This document shows positions 13,676-24,673 of a stretch of 64,000 nucleotides of DNA, in pieces. The DNA comes from Escherichia coli. Lineage in GTDB: Bacteria > Pseudomonadota > Gammaproteobacteria > Enterobacterales > Enterobacteriaceae. Every line of letters begins with the position of its first letter. Position 1 is the first letter of the stretch. The notes beneath the pieces are model-generated. The model was not told the DNA's origin and searched no databases. It saw nothing but the letters and a program-made list of their open reading frames with translations. Where the stretch lies: the NCBI RefSeq assembly GCF_048403405.1, contig NZ_CP183129.1; one strand, 5' to 3'. Both the position numbers and the translations under genes were made by a program.

Positions 13676-13804
13676 GACGTGCCAAATGTAATAAGAATTA
13701 ACATTAATCTTAACCCATGATGGGAATGATCTTGAGCATTAACGCATTTAATGCTTATTTTAATAGGCTGGCAGTTCCAGGTAAGACAACCAAGTGATTA
13801 TATA

Positions 13805-14302
13805 ATGAACAAAACAGAATTTTACGCGGATTTAAATCGCGACTTTAACGCGCTGATGGCAGGAGAAACCAGTTTTCTGGCAACGCTTGCGAACACCAGT
13901 GCGTTGTTATATGAGCGTCTCACTGACGTAAACTGGGCAGGTTTTTATTTGCTTGAGGACGATACACTGGTGCTCGGACCATTTCAGGGCAAAATTGCCT
14001 GTGTCCGGATACCCGTCGGGCGCGGCGTGTGCGGCACTGCGGTTGCCCGCAATCAAGTGCAGCGTATCGAGGATGTTCATGCGTTTGACGGGCATATTGC
14101 CTGTGATGCGACGAGTAATTCTGAAATTGTTCTGCCGCTGGTGGTGAAAAATCAGATTATTGGTGTTCTCGACATCGATAGTACCGTCTTCGGTCGCTTT
14201 ACAGACGAGGACGAGCAAGGCTTACGTCAGCTTGTGGCACAGCTTGAAAAGGTGCTTGCAACGACGGATTACAAAAAATTCTTTGCGAGCGTCGCAGGAT
14301 AA
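13805..14302 (+). CDS. msrC: Free methionine-(R)-sulfoxide reductase (GAF domain)
   Basis: ORF 13751-14302; start at MNKTEFYADLNRDF... giving 165 aa. Confidence 0.85.
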   Translation: MNKTEFYADLNRDFNALMAGETSFLATLANTSALLYERLTDVNWAGFYLLEDDTLVLGPFQGKIACVRIPVGRGVCGTAVARNQVQRIEDVHAFDGHIACDATSNSEIVLPLVVKNQIIGVLDIDSTVFGRFTDEDEQGLRQLVAQLEKVLATTDYKKFFASVAG

Positions 14303-14398
14303 TCAACGGATAACGTAGCATTTACTGATAGCGTCATTATAATGACGCCTGTTCATGCCTGCGCTTGTTGGCTACGTCCGTTGTAATCAGGAAATTTC

Positions 14399-15097
14399 AT
14401 GGAAAATCAACCTAAGTTGAATAGCAGTAAAGAAGTAATCGCGTTTCTGGCCGAACGTTTTCCCCACTGTTTCAGTGCGGAAGGTGAAGCGCGTCCGCTG
14501 AAAATCGGTATTTTTCAGGATTTGGTCGATCGTGTTGCCGGGGAAATGAACCTGAGCAAAACGCAATTACGATCCGCTTTACGTCTCTACACTTCGAGCT
14601 GGCGTTATCTTTACGGTGTTAAACCCGGCGCAACGCGTGTCGATCTTGACGGCAACCCATGCGGTGAGCTGGACGAGCAACATGTAGAGCATGCTCGCAA
14701 GCAGCTTGAAGAAGCGAAAGCGCGTGTTCAGGCACAGCGTGCTGAACAGCAAGCGAAAAAACGCGAAGCTGCCGCAGCTGCTGGTGAGAAAGAAGACGCA
14801 CCGCGACGCGAACGCAAGCCACGTCCGACCACGCCACGCCGCAAAGAAGGCGCTGAACGTAAACCTCGTGCGCAAAAGCCGGTAGAGAAAGCGCCAAAAA
14901 CAGTAAAAGCACCTCGCGAAGAACAGCACACCCCGGTTTCTGACATTTCAGCTCTGACTGTCGGACAAGCCCTGAAGGTGAAAGCGGGTCAAAACGCGAT
15001 GGATGCCACCGTATTAGAAATCACCAAAGACGGCGTCCGCGTCCAGCTGAATTCGGGTATGTCTTTGATTGTGCGCGCAGAACACCTGGTGTTCTGA
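14399..15097 (+). CDS. proQ: RNA chaperone ProQ (FinO-like)
   Basis: 232-aa ORF with a Lys/Ala/Glu-rich linker; immediately upstream of prc. Confidence 0.95.
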
Positions 15098-15116
15098 AAC
15101 GGAGGCCGGGCCAGGC

Positions 15117-17165
15117 ATGAACATGTTTTTTAGGCTTACCGCGTTAGCTGGCCTGCTTGCAATAGCAGGCCAGACCTTCGCTGTAGAAGATATCACGCGT
15201 GCTGATCAAATTCCGGTATTAAAGGAAGAGACGCAGCATGCGACGGTGAGTGAGCGCGTAACGTCGCGCTTCACCCGTTCTCATTATCGCCAGTTCGACC
15301 TCGATCAGGCATTTTCGGCCAAAATCTTTGACCGCTACCTGAATCTGCTCGATTACAGCCACAACGTGCTGCTGGCAAGTGATGTTGAACAGTTCGCGAA
15401 AAAGAAAACCGAGTTAGGCGATGAACTGCGTTCAGGAAAACTCGACGTTTTCTACGATCTCTACAATCTGGCGCAAAAGCGTCGTTTTGAACGTTACCAG
15501 TACGCTTTGTCGGTACTGGAAAAGCCGATGGATTTCACCGGCAACGACACTTATAACCTTGACCGCAGCAAAGCGCCCTGGCCGAAAAACGAGGCTGAGT
15601 TGAACGCGCTGTGGGACAGTAAAGTCAAATTCGACGAGTTAAGCCTGAAGCTGGCAGGAAAAACGGATAAAGAAATTCGTGAAACCCTGACTCGCCGCTA
15701 CAAATTTGCCATTCGTCGTCTGGCGCAAACCAACAGCGAAGATGTTTTCTCGCTGGCAATGACGGCGTTTGCGCGTGAAATCGACCCGCATACCAACTAT
15801 CTTTCCCCGCGTAATACCGAACAGTTCAACACTGAAATGAGTTTGTCGCTGGAAGGTATTGGCGCAGTGCTGCAAATGGATGATGACTACACCGTTATCA
15901 ATTCGATGGTGGCAGGTGGTCCGGCAGCGAAGAGTAAAGCTATCAGCGTTGGTGACAAAATTGTCGGTGTTGGTCAAACAGGCAAGCCGATGGTTGACGT
16001 GATTGGCTGGCGTCTTGATGATGTGGTTGCCTTAATTAAAGGGCCGAAGGGCAGTAAAGTTCGTCTGGAAATTTTACCTGCTGGTAAAGGGACCAAGACC
16101 CGTACTGTAACGTTGACCCGTGAACGTATTCGCCTCGAAGACCGTGCGGTTAAAATGTCGGTGAAGACCGTCGGTAAAGAGAAAGTCGGCGTGCTGGATA
16201 TTCCAGGTTTCTATGTGGGTTTGACAGACGATGTCAAAGTGCAGTTGCAGAAACTGGAAAAACAGAATGTCAGCAGTGTCATCATCGACCTGCGTAGCAA
16301 TGGCGGTGGGGCGTTGACCGAAGCGGTATCGCTCTCCGGTCTGTTCATTCCATCCGGTCCGATTGTTCAGGTCCGTGATAACAACGGTAAAGTTCGTGAA
16401 GACAGCGATACTGATGGGCAGGTTTTCTATAAAGGCCCGCTGGTGGTGCTGGTTGACCGCTTCAGTGCTTCGGCTTCAGAAATCTTTGCCGCGGCAATGC
16501 AGGATTACGGTCGTGCGCTGGTTGTGGGTGAACCGACGTTTGGTAAAGGCACCGTTCAGCAATACCGTTCATTGAACCGTATTTACGATCAGATGTTACG
16601 TCCTGAATGGCCAGCGCTGGGTTCTGTGCAGTACACGATCCAGAAATTCTATCGCGTTAACGGCGGCAGTACGCAACGTAAAGGCGTAACGCCAGACATC
16701 ATCATGCCGACGGGTAATGAAGAAACGGAAACGGGTGAGAAATTCGAAGATAACGCGCTGCCGTGGGATAGCATCGATGCCGCGACCTATGTGAAATCGG
16801 GAGATTTGACGGCCTTTGGACCGGAGCTGCTGAAGGAACATAATGCGCGTATCGCGAAAGATCCAGAGTTTCAGAACATCATGAAGGATATCGCGCGCTT
16901 CAACGCTATGAAGGACAAGCGCAATATCGTTTCTCTGAATTACGCTGTGCGTGAGAAAGAGAATAATGAAGATGATGCGACGCGTCTGGCGCGTTTGAAC
17001 GAACGCTTTAAGCGCGAAGGTAAACCAGAGTTGAAGAAACTGGATGATCTACCGAAAGATTACCAGGAGCCGGATCCTTATCTGGATGAGACGGTGAATA
17101 TCGCACTCGATCTGGCAAAGCTTGAAAAAGCCAGACCCGCGGAACAACCCGCTCCCGTCAAGTAA
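15117..17165 (+). CDS. prc: Tail-specific (C-terminal processing) protease Prc
   Basis: ORF 15069-17165; start at MNMFFRLTALAGLLAIAGQTFA (signal peptide) gives 682 aa; PDZ and S41 peptidase regions. Confidence 0.95.
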   Translation: MNMFFRLTALAGLLAIAGQTFAVEDITRADQIPVLKEETQHATVSERVTSRFTRSHYRQFDLDQAFSAKIFDRYLNLLDYSHNVLLASDVEQFAKKKTELGDELRSGKLDVFYDLYNLAQKRRFERYQYALSVLEKPMDFTGNDTYNLDRSKAPWPKNEAELNALWDSKVKFDELSLKLAGKTDKEIRETLTRRYKFAIRRLAQTNSEDVFSLAMTAFAREIDPHTNYLSPRNTEQFNTEMSLSLEGIGAVLQMDDDYTVINSMVAGGPAAKSKAISVGDKIVGVGQTGKPMVDVIGWRLDDVVALIKGPKGSKVRLEILPAGKGTKTRTVTLTRERIRLEDRAVKMSVKTVGKEKVGVLDIPGFYVGLTDDVKVQLQKLEKQNVSSVIIDLRSNGGGALTEAVSLSGLFIPSGPIVQVRDNNGKVREDSDTDGQVFYKGPLVVLVDRFSASASEIFAAAMQDYGRALVVGEPTFGKGTVQQYRSLNRIYDQMLRPEWPALGSVQYTIQKFYRVNGGSTQRKGVTPDIIMPTGNEETETGEKFEDNALPWDSIDAATYVKSGDLTAFGPELLKEHNARIAKDPEFQNIMKDIARFNAMKDKRNIVSLNYAVREKENNEDDATRLARLNERFKREGKPELKKLDDLPKDYQEPDPYLDETVNIALDLAKLEKARPAEQPAPVK

Positions 17166-17169
17166 TATC

Positions 17170-17201
17170 AATCAGGCACAAGAAATTGTGCCTGATTTTT
17201 T
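17170..17201 (+). terminator. Rho-independent terminator of proQ-prc
   Basis: Hairpin ATCAGGCACAA-gaaa-TTGTGCCTGAT followed by TTTTT. Confidence 0.7.
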
Positions 17202-17356
17202 AACAGCGGCAAGATGCCGTAAATCAGATGCTACAAAATGTAAAGTTGTGTCTTTCTGGTGACTTACGCACTATCCAGACTTGAAAATAGTCGCGTAACC
17301 CATACGATGTGGGTATCGCATATTGCGTTTTGTTAAACTGAGGTAAAAAGAAAATT

Positions 17357-18238
17357 ATGATGCGAATCGCGCTCTTCCTGCTAACGAACCTGGCCGTAAT
17401 GGTCGTTTTCGGGCTGGTACTGAGCCTGACAGGGATACAGTCGAGCAGCGTTCAGGGGCTGATGATCATGGCCTTGCTGTTCGGTTTTGGTGGTTCCTTC
17501 GTTTCGCTTCTGATGTCCAAATGGATGGCATTACGATCTGTTGGCGGGGAAGTGATCGAGCAACCGCGTAACGAAAGGGAACGTTGGCTGGTCAATATTG
17601 TAGCAACCCAGGCTCGTCAGGCGGGGATCGCTATGCCGCAAGTGGCTATCTACCATGCGCCGGACATCAACGCTTTTGCAACCGGTGCGCGCCGTGATGC
17701 CTCTCTGGTTGCTGTCAGCACCGGTTTGCTGCAGAACATGAGCCCGGATGAAGCCGAGGCGGTAATTGCTCATGAAATCAGCCACATCGCCAATGGTGAT
17801 ATGGTCACCATGACGCTGATTCAGGGCGTGGTGAACACCTTCGTTATCTTTATTTCCCGTATTCTGGCGCAGCTTGCCGCGGGTTTTATGGGCGGAAATC
17901 GTGATGAAGGTGAAGAGAGCAACGGCAACCCGCTGATCTACTTTGCGGTTGCAACGGTTCTGGAACTGGTGTTTGGTATTTTGGCGAGCATTATCACCAT
18001 GTGGTTCTCGCGTCATCGTGAATTCCACGCTGATGCCGGTTCGGCAAAACTGGTTGGTCGCGAGAAAATGATTGCCGCGCTGCAGCGCCTGAAAACCAGC
18101 TATGAACCGCAAGAAGCAACCAGCATGATGGCTTTCTGTATTAACGGTAAGTCGAAATCGCTCAGTGAGTTGTTCATGACTCACCCGCCGCTGGATAAAC
18201 GTATTGAAGCTCTGCGTACGGGTGAATACCTGAAGTAA
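17357..18238 (+). CDS. htpX: Membrane zinc metalloprotease HtpX (M48)
   Basis: 293-aa ORF with HEISH zinc-binding motif and N-terminal transmembrane helices. Confidence 0.95.
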   Translation: MMRIALFLLTNLAVMVVFGLVLSLTGIQSSSVQGLMIMALLFGFGGSFVSLLMSKWMALRSVGGEVIEQPRNERERWLVNIVATQARQAGIAMPQVAIYHAPDINAFATGARRDASLVAVSTGLLQNMSPDEAEAVIAHEISHIANGDMVTMTLIQGVVNTFVIFISRILAQLAAGFMGGNRDEGEESNGNPLIYFAVATVLELVFGILASIITMWFSRHREFHADAGSAKLVGREKMIAALQRLKTSYEPQEATSMMAFCINGKSKSLSELFMTHPPLDKRIEALRTGEYLK

Positions 18239-18253
18239 TATGAAGTAAATACT

Positions 18254-18286
18254 AAAAAGCGCGTCCTGAACGACGCGCTTTTTTTA
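18254..18286. terminator. Bidirectional terminator between htpX and yebQ
   Basis: AAAAAGCGCGTC-ctgaa-GACGCGCTTTTTTT palindrome with A/T runs on both sides. Confidence 0.7.
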
Positions 18287-19657
18287 TGCCCTGGCTCGTG
18301 GCTGAGTGATACGTAAACCACTGACACAGGCAGCAATTACTGCCAGAATAGCCGCAGCCATCAGCGAGACGTGCGTACCATTATCACCAAACTGATTTAG
18401 CATCAGCGCCACCAGCGCCGCGCCACTACTCTGACCCAATAGACGAGCCGTCCCTAACATGCCACTGGCCCCACCGCTACGTTCGCGCGGAGCGGAGGTT
18501 ATAATGGTGTGGTTATTGGGTGACTGGAATAAGCCAAATCCAGCGCCACATAAGATCATCGGCCAGATAATATTGATATCCGCAGGTGACGCGGGCAGCA
18601 GAACCAGGGAAAAAAGCCCCGCAGCCATGATGAACAACCCTAAAGCCCCCAGCAATCCTGCATGTACGCGTTCAATCAAATAGCCTGCCAGCGGAGCCAT
18701 CACCATCGTTGCTAACGGCCACGGTGTCAGAAGTAAACCTGTTTCGACTTCACTACGCCCGAGCACGGTTTGCAGGTAAAAGGGCAGGGAAACCATTGCC
18801 AGCATTTGTGCGCAGAAAGAGCAAACAGATGTGCAAATAGAAAGTGAAAACAGCGGGATACGCAGTAAATCCACCGGTAGCAGCGATACGGGAAGAGAAA
18901 GCTGGCGGCGAATAAAGAAAATACCAACGACAACCATTACCACCAGTTCCGCACCAATCAATGTCAGCGATTGCCCCTGAGCGAAACCACTCAACGCAGT
19001 GATAAGCAGGCCGAAGGTTAACGCGTTCATCACGGCGCTGGGCAGGTCGAAACGGGGTTTACTGGCGCGAGAACCATTGGGTGGCAGAAAACGCATTGCC
19101 AGAAGCAGGGCGATAATACCCAACGGTACGTTGATTAAAAATAACCATTTCCAGGATGCGATGGAGAGGATTGCTGCAGCAATTGTCGGCCCGGCAGCAG
19201 AAGAAACGGCAACAATAAACGAGTTTATGCCCATCCCTCTACCCAGAAAACGTTGTGGATAGATCAGGCGGATAAGTGCGGTATTAACGCTCATCAACGC
19301 TGCACCGCCGAAACCTTGTATGACACGCGCAAGGGTGAGCATTTGCAGCGAATCAGAAAGGGCGCAGAACAGTGAAGACAACAGAAAAACGACCAGACCG
19401 CATTTATAAATACGTCGATAGCCAAACATATCGCCCAGAAACGAAAATGAGAGCAGGGAGATGACAATGGCGATTTGATAGGCGTTCACTACCCAGATGG
19501 AACTGGCTGGCGTGGCATGAAGGTCCGTGGCGATTGTTGGCAGGGCGACGTTGGCGATTGCGCCGTCAAGGACAGCCATCGAAATACCAATCACAATGGT
19601 TAATATCGCACCGTATCGCTGGGGCAATGGCAGGCCGTCGGCCTGAACTTTTGGCAT
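18284..19657 (-). CDS. yebQ: MFS transporter (drug:H+ antiporter-like)
   Basis: ORF 18284-19768; start at MPKVQADGLPLPQRYG... giving 457 aa; polytopic. Confidence 0.85.
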   Translation of the reverse strand: MPKVQADGLPLPQRYGAILTIVIGISMAVLDGAIANVALPTIATDLHATPASSIWVVNAYQIAIVISLLSFSFLGDMFGYRRIYKCGLVVFLLSSLFCALSDSLQMLTLARVIQGFGGAALMSVNTALIRLIYPQRFLGRGMGINSFIVAVSSAAGPTIAAAILSIASWKWLFLINVPLGIIALLLAMRFLPPNGSRASKPRFDLPSAVMNALTFGLLITALSGFAQGQSLTLIGAELVVMVVVGIFFIRRQLSLPVSLLPVDLLRIPLFSLSICTSVCSFCAQMLAMVSLPFYLQTVLGRSEVETGLLLTPWPLATMVMAPLAGYLIERVHAGLLGALGLFIMAAGLFSLVLLPASPADINIIWPMILCGAGFGLFQSPNNHTIITSAPRERSGGASGMLGTARLLGQSSGAALVALMLNQFGDNGTHVSLMAAAILAVIAACVSGLRITQPRARA

Positions 19658-19833
19658 AGGAATTTTATATCTTTGGTGAATAATCAACAGGGGTATGATT
19701 CTAGCACTGATATTCACGGTGGATGTCGCAGAATTGTAACTAACCGGCAAAAGATGGATTGCGACCACCCTGGTGCGAAATTATAATAAAAAACAGTTCT
19801 GATTTTTATAAAACACTCGCAATGAGGTGATAA

Positions 19834-20625
19834 ATGGCTAACGCAGATCTGGATAAACAGCCTGATTCTGTATCTTCCGTGCTGAAAGTTTTTGGCATTT
19901 TGCAGGCGCTGGGTGAAGAGCGCGAAATAGGGATAACCGAGCTGTCGCAGCGCGTCATGATGTCAAAAAGCACCGTTTATCGCTTTTTACAGACCATGAA
20001 AACCTTAGGTTATGTGGCGCAGGAAGGGGAGTCGGAGAAATATTCCCTGACCCTGAAATTGTTTGAACTGGGCGCTCGCGCGTTACAAAACGTCGATTTA
20101 ATTCGTAGCGCAGATATCCAGATGCGTGAGATTTCCCGCCTGACCAAAGAAACTATCCACCTCGGCGCACTGGACGAAGACAGTATTGTTTACATTCACA
20201 AAATTGACTCTATGTACAATTTGCGCATGTATTCACGGATTGGGCGTCGTAATCCGCTGTACAGCACCGCAATTGGTAAGGTACTGCTGGCATGGCGCGA
20301 TCGCGATGAAGTGAAGCAAATTCTTGAGGGCGTGGAGTATAAACGCAGTACCGAACGGACCATCACCAGTACAGAATCGTTATTACCCGTTCTGGACCAG
20401 GTGCGCGAGCAGGGGTATGGCGAAGATAACGAAGAGCAGGAAGAAGGACTGCGTTGCATTGCGGTTCCGGTATTTGATCGTTTTGGCGTGGTCATTGCCG
20501 GTCTGAGCATCTCCTTCCCGACGTTGCGTTTCTCCGAAGAGCGTTTACAGGAATATGTCGCAATGTTGCATACCGCGGCGCGCAAAATTTCTGCCCAAAT
20601 GGGTTATCACGACTATCCATTCTGA
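19834..20625 (+). CDS. kdgR: IclR-family transcriptional repressor KdgR
   Basis: 263-aa ORF with N-terminal HTH and IclR effector domain. Confidence 0.95.
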   Translation: MANADLDKQPDSVSSVLKVFGILQALGEEREIGITELSQRVMMSKSTVYRFLQTMKTLGYVAQEGESEKYSLTLKLFELGARALQNVDLIRSADIQMREISRLTKETIHLGALDEDSIVYIHKIDSMYNLRMYSRIGRRNPLYSTAIGKVLLAWRDRDEVKQILEGVEYKRSTERTITSTESLLPVLDQVREQGYGEDNEEQEEGLRCIAVPVFDRFGVVIAGLSISFPTLRFSEERLQEYVAMLHTAARKISAQMGYHDYPF

Positions 20626-20632
20626 TGAGAGT

Positions 20633-20672
20633 AAGAACCTGTCTGAATATCAAACAGACAGGTTCTTTATTT
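20633..20672 (+). terminator. Rho-independent terminator of kdgR
   Basis: AGAACCTGTCTG-aatatcaaa-CAGACAGGTTCT followed by TTATTT. Confidence 0.7.
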
Positions 20673-20768
20673 AGCATGAGAAAAATAAAGTTGAAGGTGG
20701 CGTTATATTAAACGCACTTGCGATAAGAATATTTTACTCATGAGTGAGAATCTGGTTATTTATTACCC

Positions 20769-21008
20769 TTAACCATTATCGACCACAATATTGCTTTTAC
20801 GTAACAACGGGCAATCTGTTATCCCCAGAAAACCACTTTTAGTGTGCAGGTATTGTACCGTGCTGGTGCCTCTGGCGGTCAGATAGGTACATTGCAAACC
20901 TAATCCCGCGGCATTCTCTTTGCTTCCAATCAAAACGCCATATCCGCTGAGTAATAATCCTATCCATACCAGTGCTATCAGCATAACTGTGCGAATGATG
21001 AATCGCAT
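20769..21008 (-). CDS. yobH: Small membrane protein YobH
   Basis: 79-aa ORF with an N-terminal hydrophobic segment, conserved position. Confidence 0.7.
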   Translation of the reverse strand: MRFIIRTVMLIALVWIGLLLSGYGVLIGSKENAAGLGLQCTYLTARGTSTVQYLHTKSGFLGITDCPLLRKSNIVVDNG

Positions 21009-21094
21009 TACAACCTCTTCTCTTTTTATGTTCGCTTAATCGTAGCGGCAATATGCGCTGAAGCAAGCGACTCATTCTGAAAAAGCACGAATAT

Positions 21095-21135
21095 CGACAT
21101 AGTTAGGCGCTGTTTAACTAACGCATGCTAGTTTA
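21095..21135 (+). promoter_or_regulatory. mgrB promoter region containing PhoP-box-like TGTTTA / TAGTTTA half-sites
   Basis: GTTTA hexamers at 21112-21116 and 21131-21135 upstream of mgrB; PhoP dependence of mgrB is established knowledge. Exact box assignment is uncertain. Confidence 0.35.
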
Positions 21136-21166
21136 ATGACATAAGGTAGGTGAAACGGAGATTGGA

Positions 21167-21310
21167 GTGAAAAAGTTTCGATGGGTCGTTCTGGTTGTCG
21201 TGGTGTTGGCTTGCTTGCTGCTTTGGGCGCAGGTATTCAACATGATGTGCGATCAGGATGTACAATTTTTCAGCGGAATTTGTGCCATTAACCAGTTTAT
21301 CCCGTGGTGA
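21167..21310 (+). CDS. mgrB: PhoQ feedback inhibitor small membrane protein MgrB
   Basis: GTG-initiated 47-aa [50 protein letters not shown]; below the ORF-track size cutoff. Confidence 0.9.
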
Positions 21311-21384
21311 TATCATTTTTTCAGCACTAGATTTTCTTCCTCTCCAGCAGTGGTAGAATAGCGCCTCTACTCAGAGGTGGTGAA

Positions 21385-21672
21385 ATGAACGAAGTTGTAA
21401 ATTCAGGCGTGATGAACATTGCGTCTTTGGTTGTATCGGTGGTGGTTCTTCTTATCGGGCTCATCTTGTGGTTTTTTATCAATCGTGCCAGTTCACGGAC
21501 TAACGAACAGATTGAACTGCTTGAGGCGTTGCTGGATCAGCAAAAACGTCAAAATGCTCTGTTACGTCGTTTGTGCGAAGCAAACGAACCTGAGAAAGCA
21601 GATAAAAAGACCGTTGAGAGTCAAAAATCGGTTGAAGACGAAGATATTATTCGTCTGGTCGCCGAACGATAA
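21385..21672 (+). CDS. yebO: Small membrane protein YebO
   Basis: 95-aa ORF, N-terminal transmembrane helix. Confidence 0.8.
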   Translation: MNEVVNSGVMNIASLVVSVVVLLIGLILWFFINRASSRTNEQIELLEALLDQQKRQNALLRRLCEANEPEKADKKTVESQKSVEDEDIIRLVAER

Positions 21673-22341
21673 TCCTTCCTCAATCTTGAGTAACCCCGTC
21701 GTTGAAGGGTTACTCAATTCATCCTGATTATACGCACTGCCATGGTGCAACTGCTTCAAATTAAAACTCTGGTCTGACTTCAAATAATTATCATATTATT
21801 TATTTGCGTAACGGGATATCAGAAAAAGATATTTAGCCCATTAATTTATTAGGATGTTTACATCGGATTTGTGATTAAGTGTGGTATTATTTATTAGCGA
21901 AACGTTTCTCTCTTGATTTTTTTGCGCATTCATCAATTTTTCTTATTTTAAATTTACAATACCTTTGGCGATTGACTTCTCTTTGGGGTGATCGATAGCC
22001 GTTAACTGACTGTTTTATGAGAAAAAGTGATATAACTTTTTATTCATTGCATAGCAGAAAATGTGATATTGCACGCACTATGTAATAACTTCTCCCACTG
22101 GCCTGGAACAACTGAACTTATTGAACTATGTTAGAAAATACGTCAGTTTAAGTATCTGCCTGAACTGGCAAGGTTAAGCACAATGATATATCGGCGCGTA
22201 TTCCGTTGCATAAGTGTGCAAAAAAAGTGGAAGACGTATCGAGATTTGTGCGTCTGATCGAGACATGTTTAAAAATGGCTTGCCATAATTAACGTTGTAT
22301 GTGATAACAGATTTCGGGTTAAACGAGGTACAGTTCTGTTT

Positions 22342-22485
22342 ATGTGTGGCATTTTCAGTAAAGAAGTCCTGAGTAAACACGTTGACGTTGAATACCGCTT
22401 CTCTGCCGAGCCTTATATTGGTGCCTCATGCAGTAATGTGTCAGTTTTATCTATGTTATGCCTGCGGGCGAAGAAAACAATCTAA
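22342..22485 (+). CDS. yobF: Small protein YobF, co-transcribed with cspC
   Basis: 47-aa [50 protein letters not shown] ending 12 nt upstream of cspC. Confidence 0.85.
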
Positions 22486-22497
22486 GGAATTTTTCAA

Positions 22498-22707
22498 ATG
22501 GCAAAGATTAAAGGTCAGGTTAAGTGGTTCAACGAGTCTAAAGGTTTTGGCTTCATTACTCCGGCTGATGGCAGCAAAGACGTGTTCGTACACTTCTCTG
22601 CTATCCAGGGTAATGGTTTCAAAACTCTGGCTGAAGGTCAGAACGTTGAGTTCGAAATTCAGGACGGTCAGAAAGGTCCGGCAGCTGTTAACGTAACAGC
22701 TATCTGA
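22498..22707 (+). CDS. cspC: Cold-shock-domain protein CspC
   Basis: 69-aa [72 protein letters not shown]; RNP motifs. Confidence 0.97.
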
Positions 22708-22752
22708 TCGAATCCACTGATCTGAAGTGTGAATACGCTTCAATCTCGCTAT

Positions 22753-22780
22753 AAAGCCTCGTCGAATGCGAGGCTTTTTA
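22753..22780 (+). terminator. Rho-independent terminator of yobF-cspC
   Basis: AAGCCTCG-tcgaat-GCGAGGCTT followed by TTTT. Confidence 0.75.
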
Positions 22781-22872
22781 CTTTGCTTTATCTTCGCTCC
22801 AGTCGTTCGGATATTTGCCCGCCGCGTGATTCGCGTTACACTTGCGGCCTTTAGTATCCTGCCGGAGTTGTC

Positions 22873-23682
22873 ATGTCGTTTTCCTGTCCACTTTGCCATC
22901 AGCCTCTTTCGCGTGAAAAAAACAGCTATATCTGTCCCCAGCGACATCAGTTTGATATGGCGAAAGAAGGGTATGTCAATCTGCTGCCCGTTCAGCATAA
23001 ACGGTCTCGTGATCCGGGCGACAGCGCGGAAATGATGCAAGCACGCCGCGCATTCTTAGATGCCGGACATTATCAGCCGCTGCGTGATGCAATTGTCGCC
23101 CAACTGCGGGAACGGCTTGATGAAAAGGCCACAGCGGTGCTGGATATTGGCTGTGGTGAAGGGTATTACACACACGCATTTGCCGATGCGCTGCCCGAAA
23201 TCACCACGTTTGGCCTGGATGTCTCGAAGGTAGCGATAAAAGCGGCGGCGAAACGCTATCCGCAGGTCACTTTTTGTGTTGCTTCCAGCCACCGTTTGCC
23301 GTTTTCCGATACCAGTATGGACGCCATAATACGTATTTACGCGCCGTGTAAAGCAGAAGAATTAGCGCGAGTAGTGAAGCCTGGCGGTTGGGTCATTACT
23401 GCCACGCCGGGACCGCGACATTTGATGGAGCTGAAGGGGCTGATTTACAATGAAGTACATCTTCATGCACCTCATGCAGAACAACTGGAAGGTTTTACAT
23501 TACAGCAGAGTGCTGAGTTGTGTTATCCGATGCGTCTTCGCAGTGACGAAGCCGTCGCATTATTGCAGATGACGCCGTTTGCCTGGCGTGCGAAGTCAGA
23601 AGTCTGGCAAACACTGGCAGCAAAAGAAGTGTTCGACTGCCAGACGGACTTTAATATTCACCTCTGGCAGCGTTCTTATTAA
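22873..23682 (+). CDS. rlmA: 23S rRNA m1G745 methyltransferase
   Basis: 269-aa ORF with N-terminal Cys4 zinc motif (CPLCHQ...CPQRHQ) and SAM-binding DIGCGEG motif. Confidence 0.9.
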
Positions 23683-24245
23683 CCGTGGAAGTGCGTCCAG
23701 AGGATCTGGACGCCGATGCCGATCAGCACCAGCCCGCCGAGAATTTCCGCTTTTTTCCCAATAATTGAGCCGATAAAGCGACCAACCATCATCCCTAATG
23801 TCGACATAATCAAGGTTGCACAACCAATGGCCAATGCGGTCGCGATAATGTTGACCTGCAGGAAAGCAAGACCAACACCCACAGCCATGGCATCCAGGCT
23901 GGTGGCAATCGCGGTGGTTACCAGTAGCCAGAAACCGTGTCGACGGCGCGGCTCTTCATCTTCATCATCTGCGCCACGAAAACCCTCAATAATCATTCGC
24001 CCGCCGAGGAATATCAGCAGCACAAACGCAATCCAGTGGTTCCATTCAAGGACAAACCGGCTGGCTAACATGCCCATTCCCCAGCCGATCAGCGGCGTCA
24101 GGGTTTCGACAGCACCAAAAATAAGGCCGGTTCGCAACGCTTCAGAAAATTTCGGTTTATGGAGGGTGGCACCTTTACCGATTGATGCAGCAAATGCATC
24201 CATCGACATACCAAACGCAAGAAGAACAGTAGCAGTGATATTCAT
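23679..24245 (-). CDS. mntP: Manganese efflux pump MntP
   Basis: ORF 23679-24299; start at [18 protein letters not shown]... giving 188 aa; polytopic. Confidence 0.9.
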
Positions 24246-24259
24246 GACAACGTCCTGAC

Positions 24260-24475
24260 CGGGGTATCCATAAAACACATCATCGCCCCCAGCAAACATG
24301 CATACATGAACGACAAACCGCGATGGTTTTCGCGTTCATGCAGGCATAGCGATTGATGTGCATATGGTCTCGCCTGACTGAAAGTGTTCAGTCCGTACGT
24401 GCCACGTTTTGCAACGAGTATGTTGACACGTACATTTCCGGAATCTGGAAATCGGCTACTCCCCAAATGAGGGCG
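24260..24475 (-). promoter_or_regulatory. yybP-ykoY manganese riboswitch in the mntP 5' leader
   Basis: Minus-strand leader contains the conserved GGGGAGUAG (revcomp of 24456-24464) and CAGGCGAGACC (revcomp of 24366-24376) aptamer elements; mntP riboswitch is established. Confidence 0.75.
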
Positions 24476-24673
24476 CAACCTTAACATATTTTGAGAATAT
24501 AAAACAACTGTTGGAATATATTATTTCATTGCTTTATTGATAACGATTTTCATTTAGATTTATATATCAATAAAACGTTAAAATAAATAACAAATAAGGG
24601 AAGGGGTAATATAGCCTAAGCTATGTCTGATTATTAAAAATACACTAAACATAGCTTTGGCTAAATTGATAAC

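Noticed and set aside
17531-18184. 217-aa minus-strand ORF inside htpX
   Set aside because: Antisense to htpX, no motifs; an open-frame artefact.
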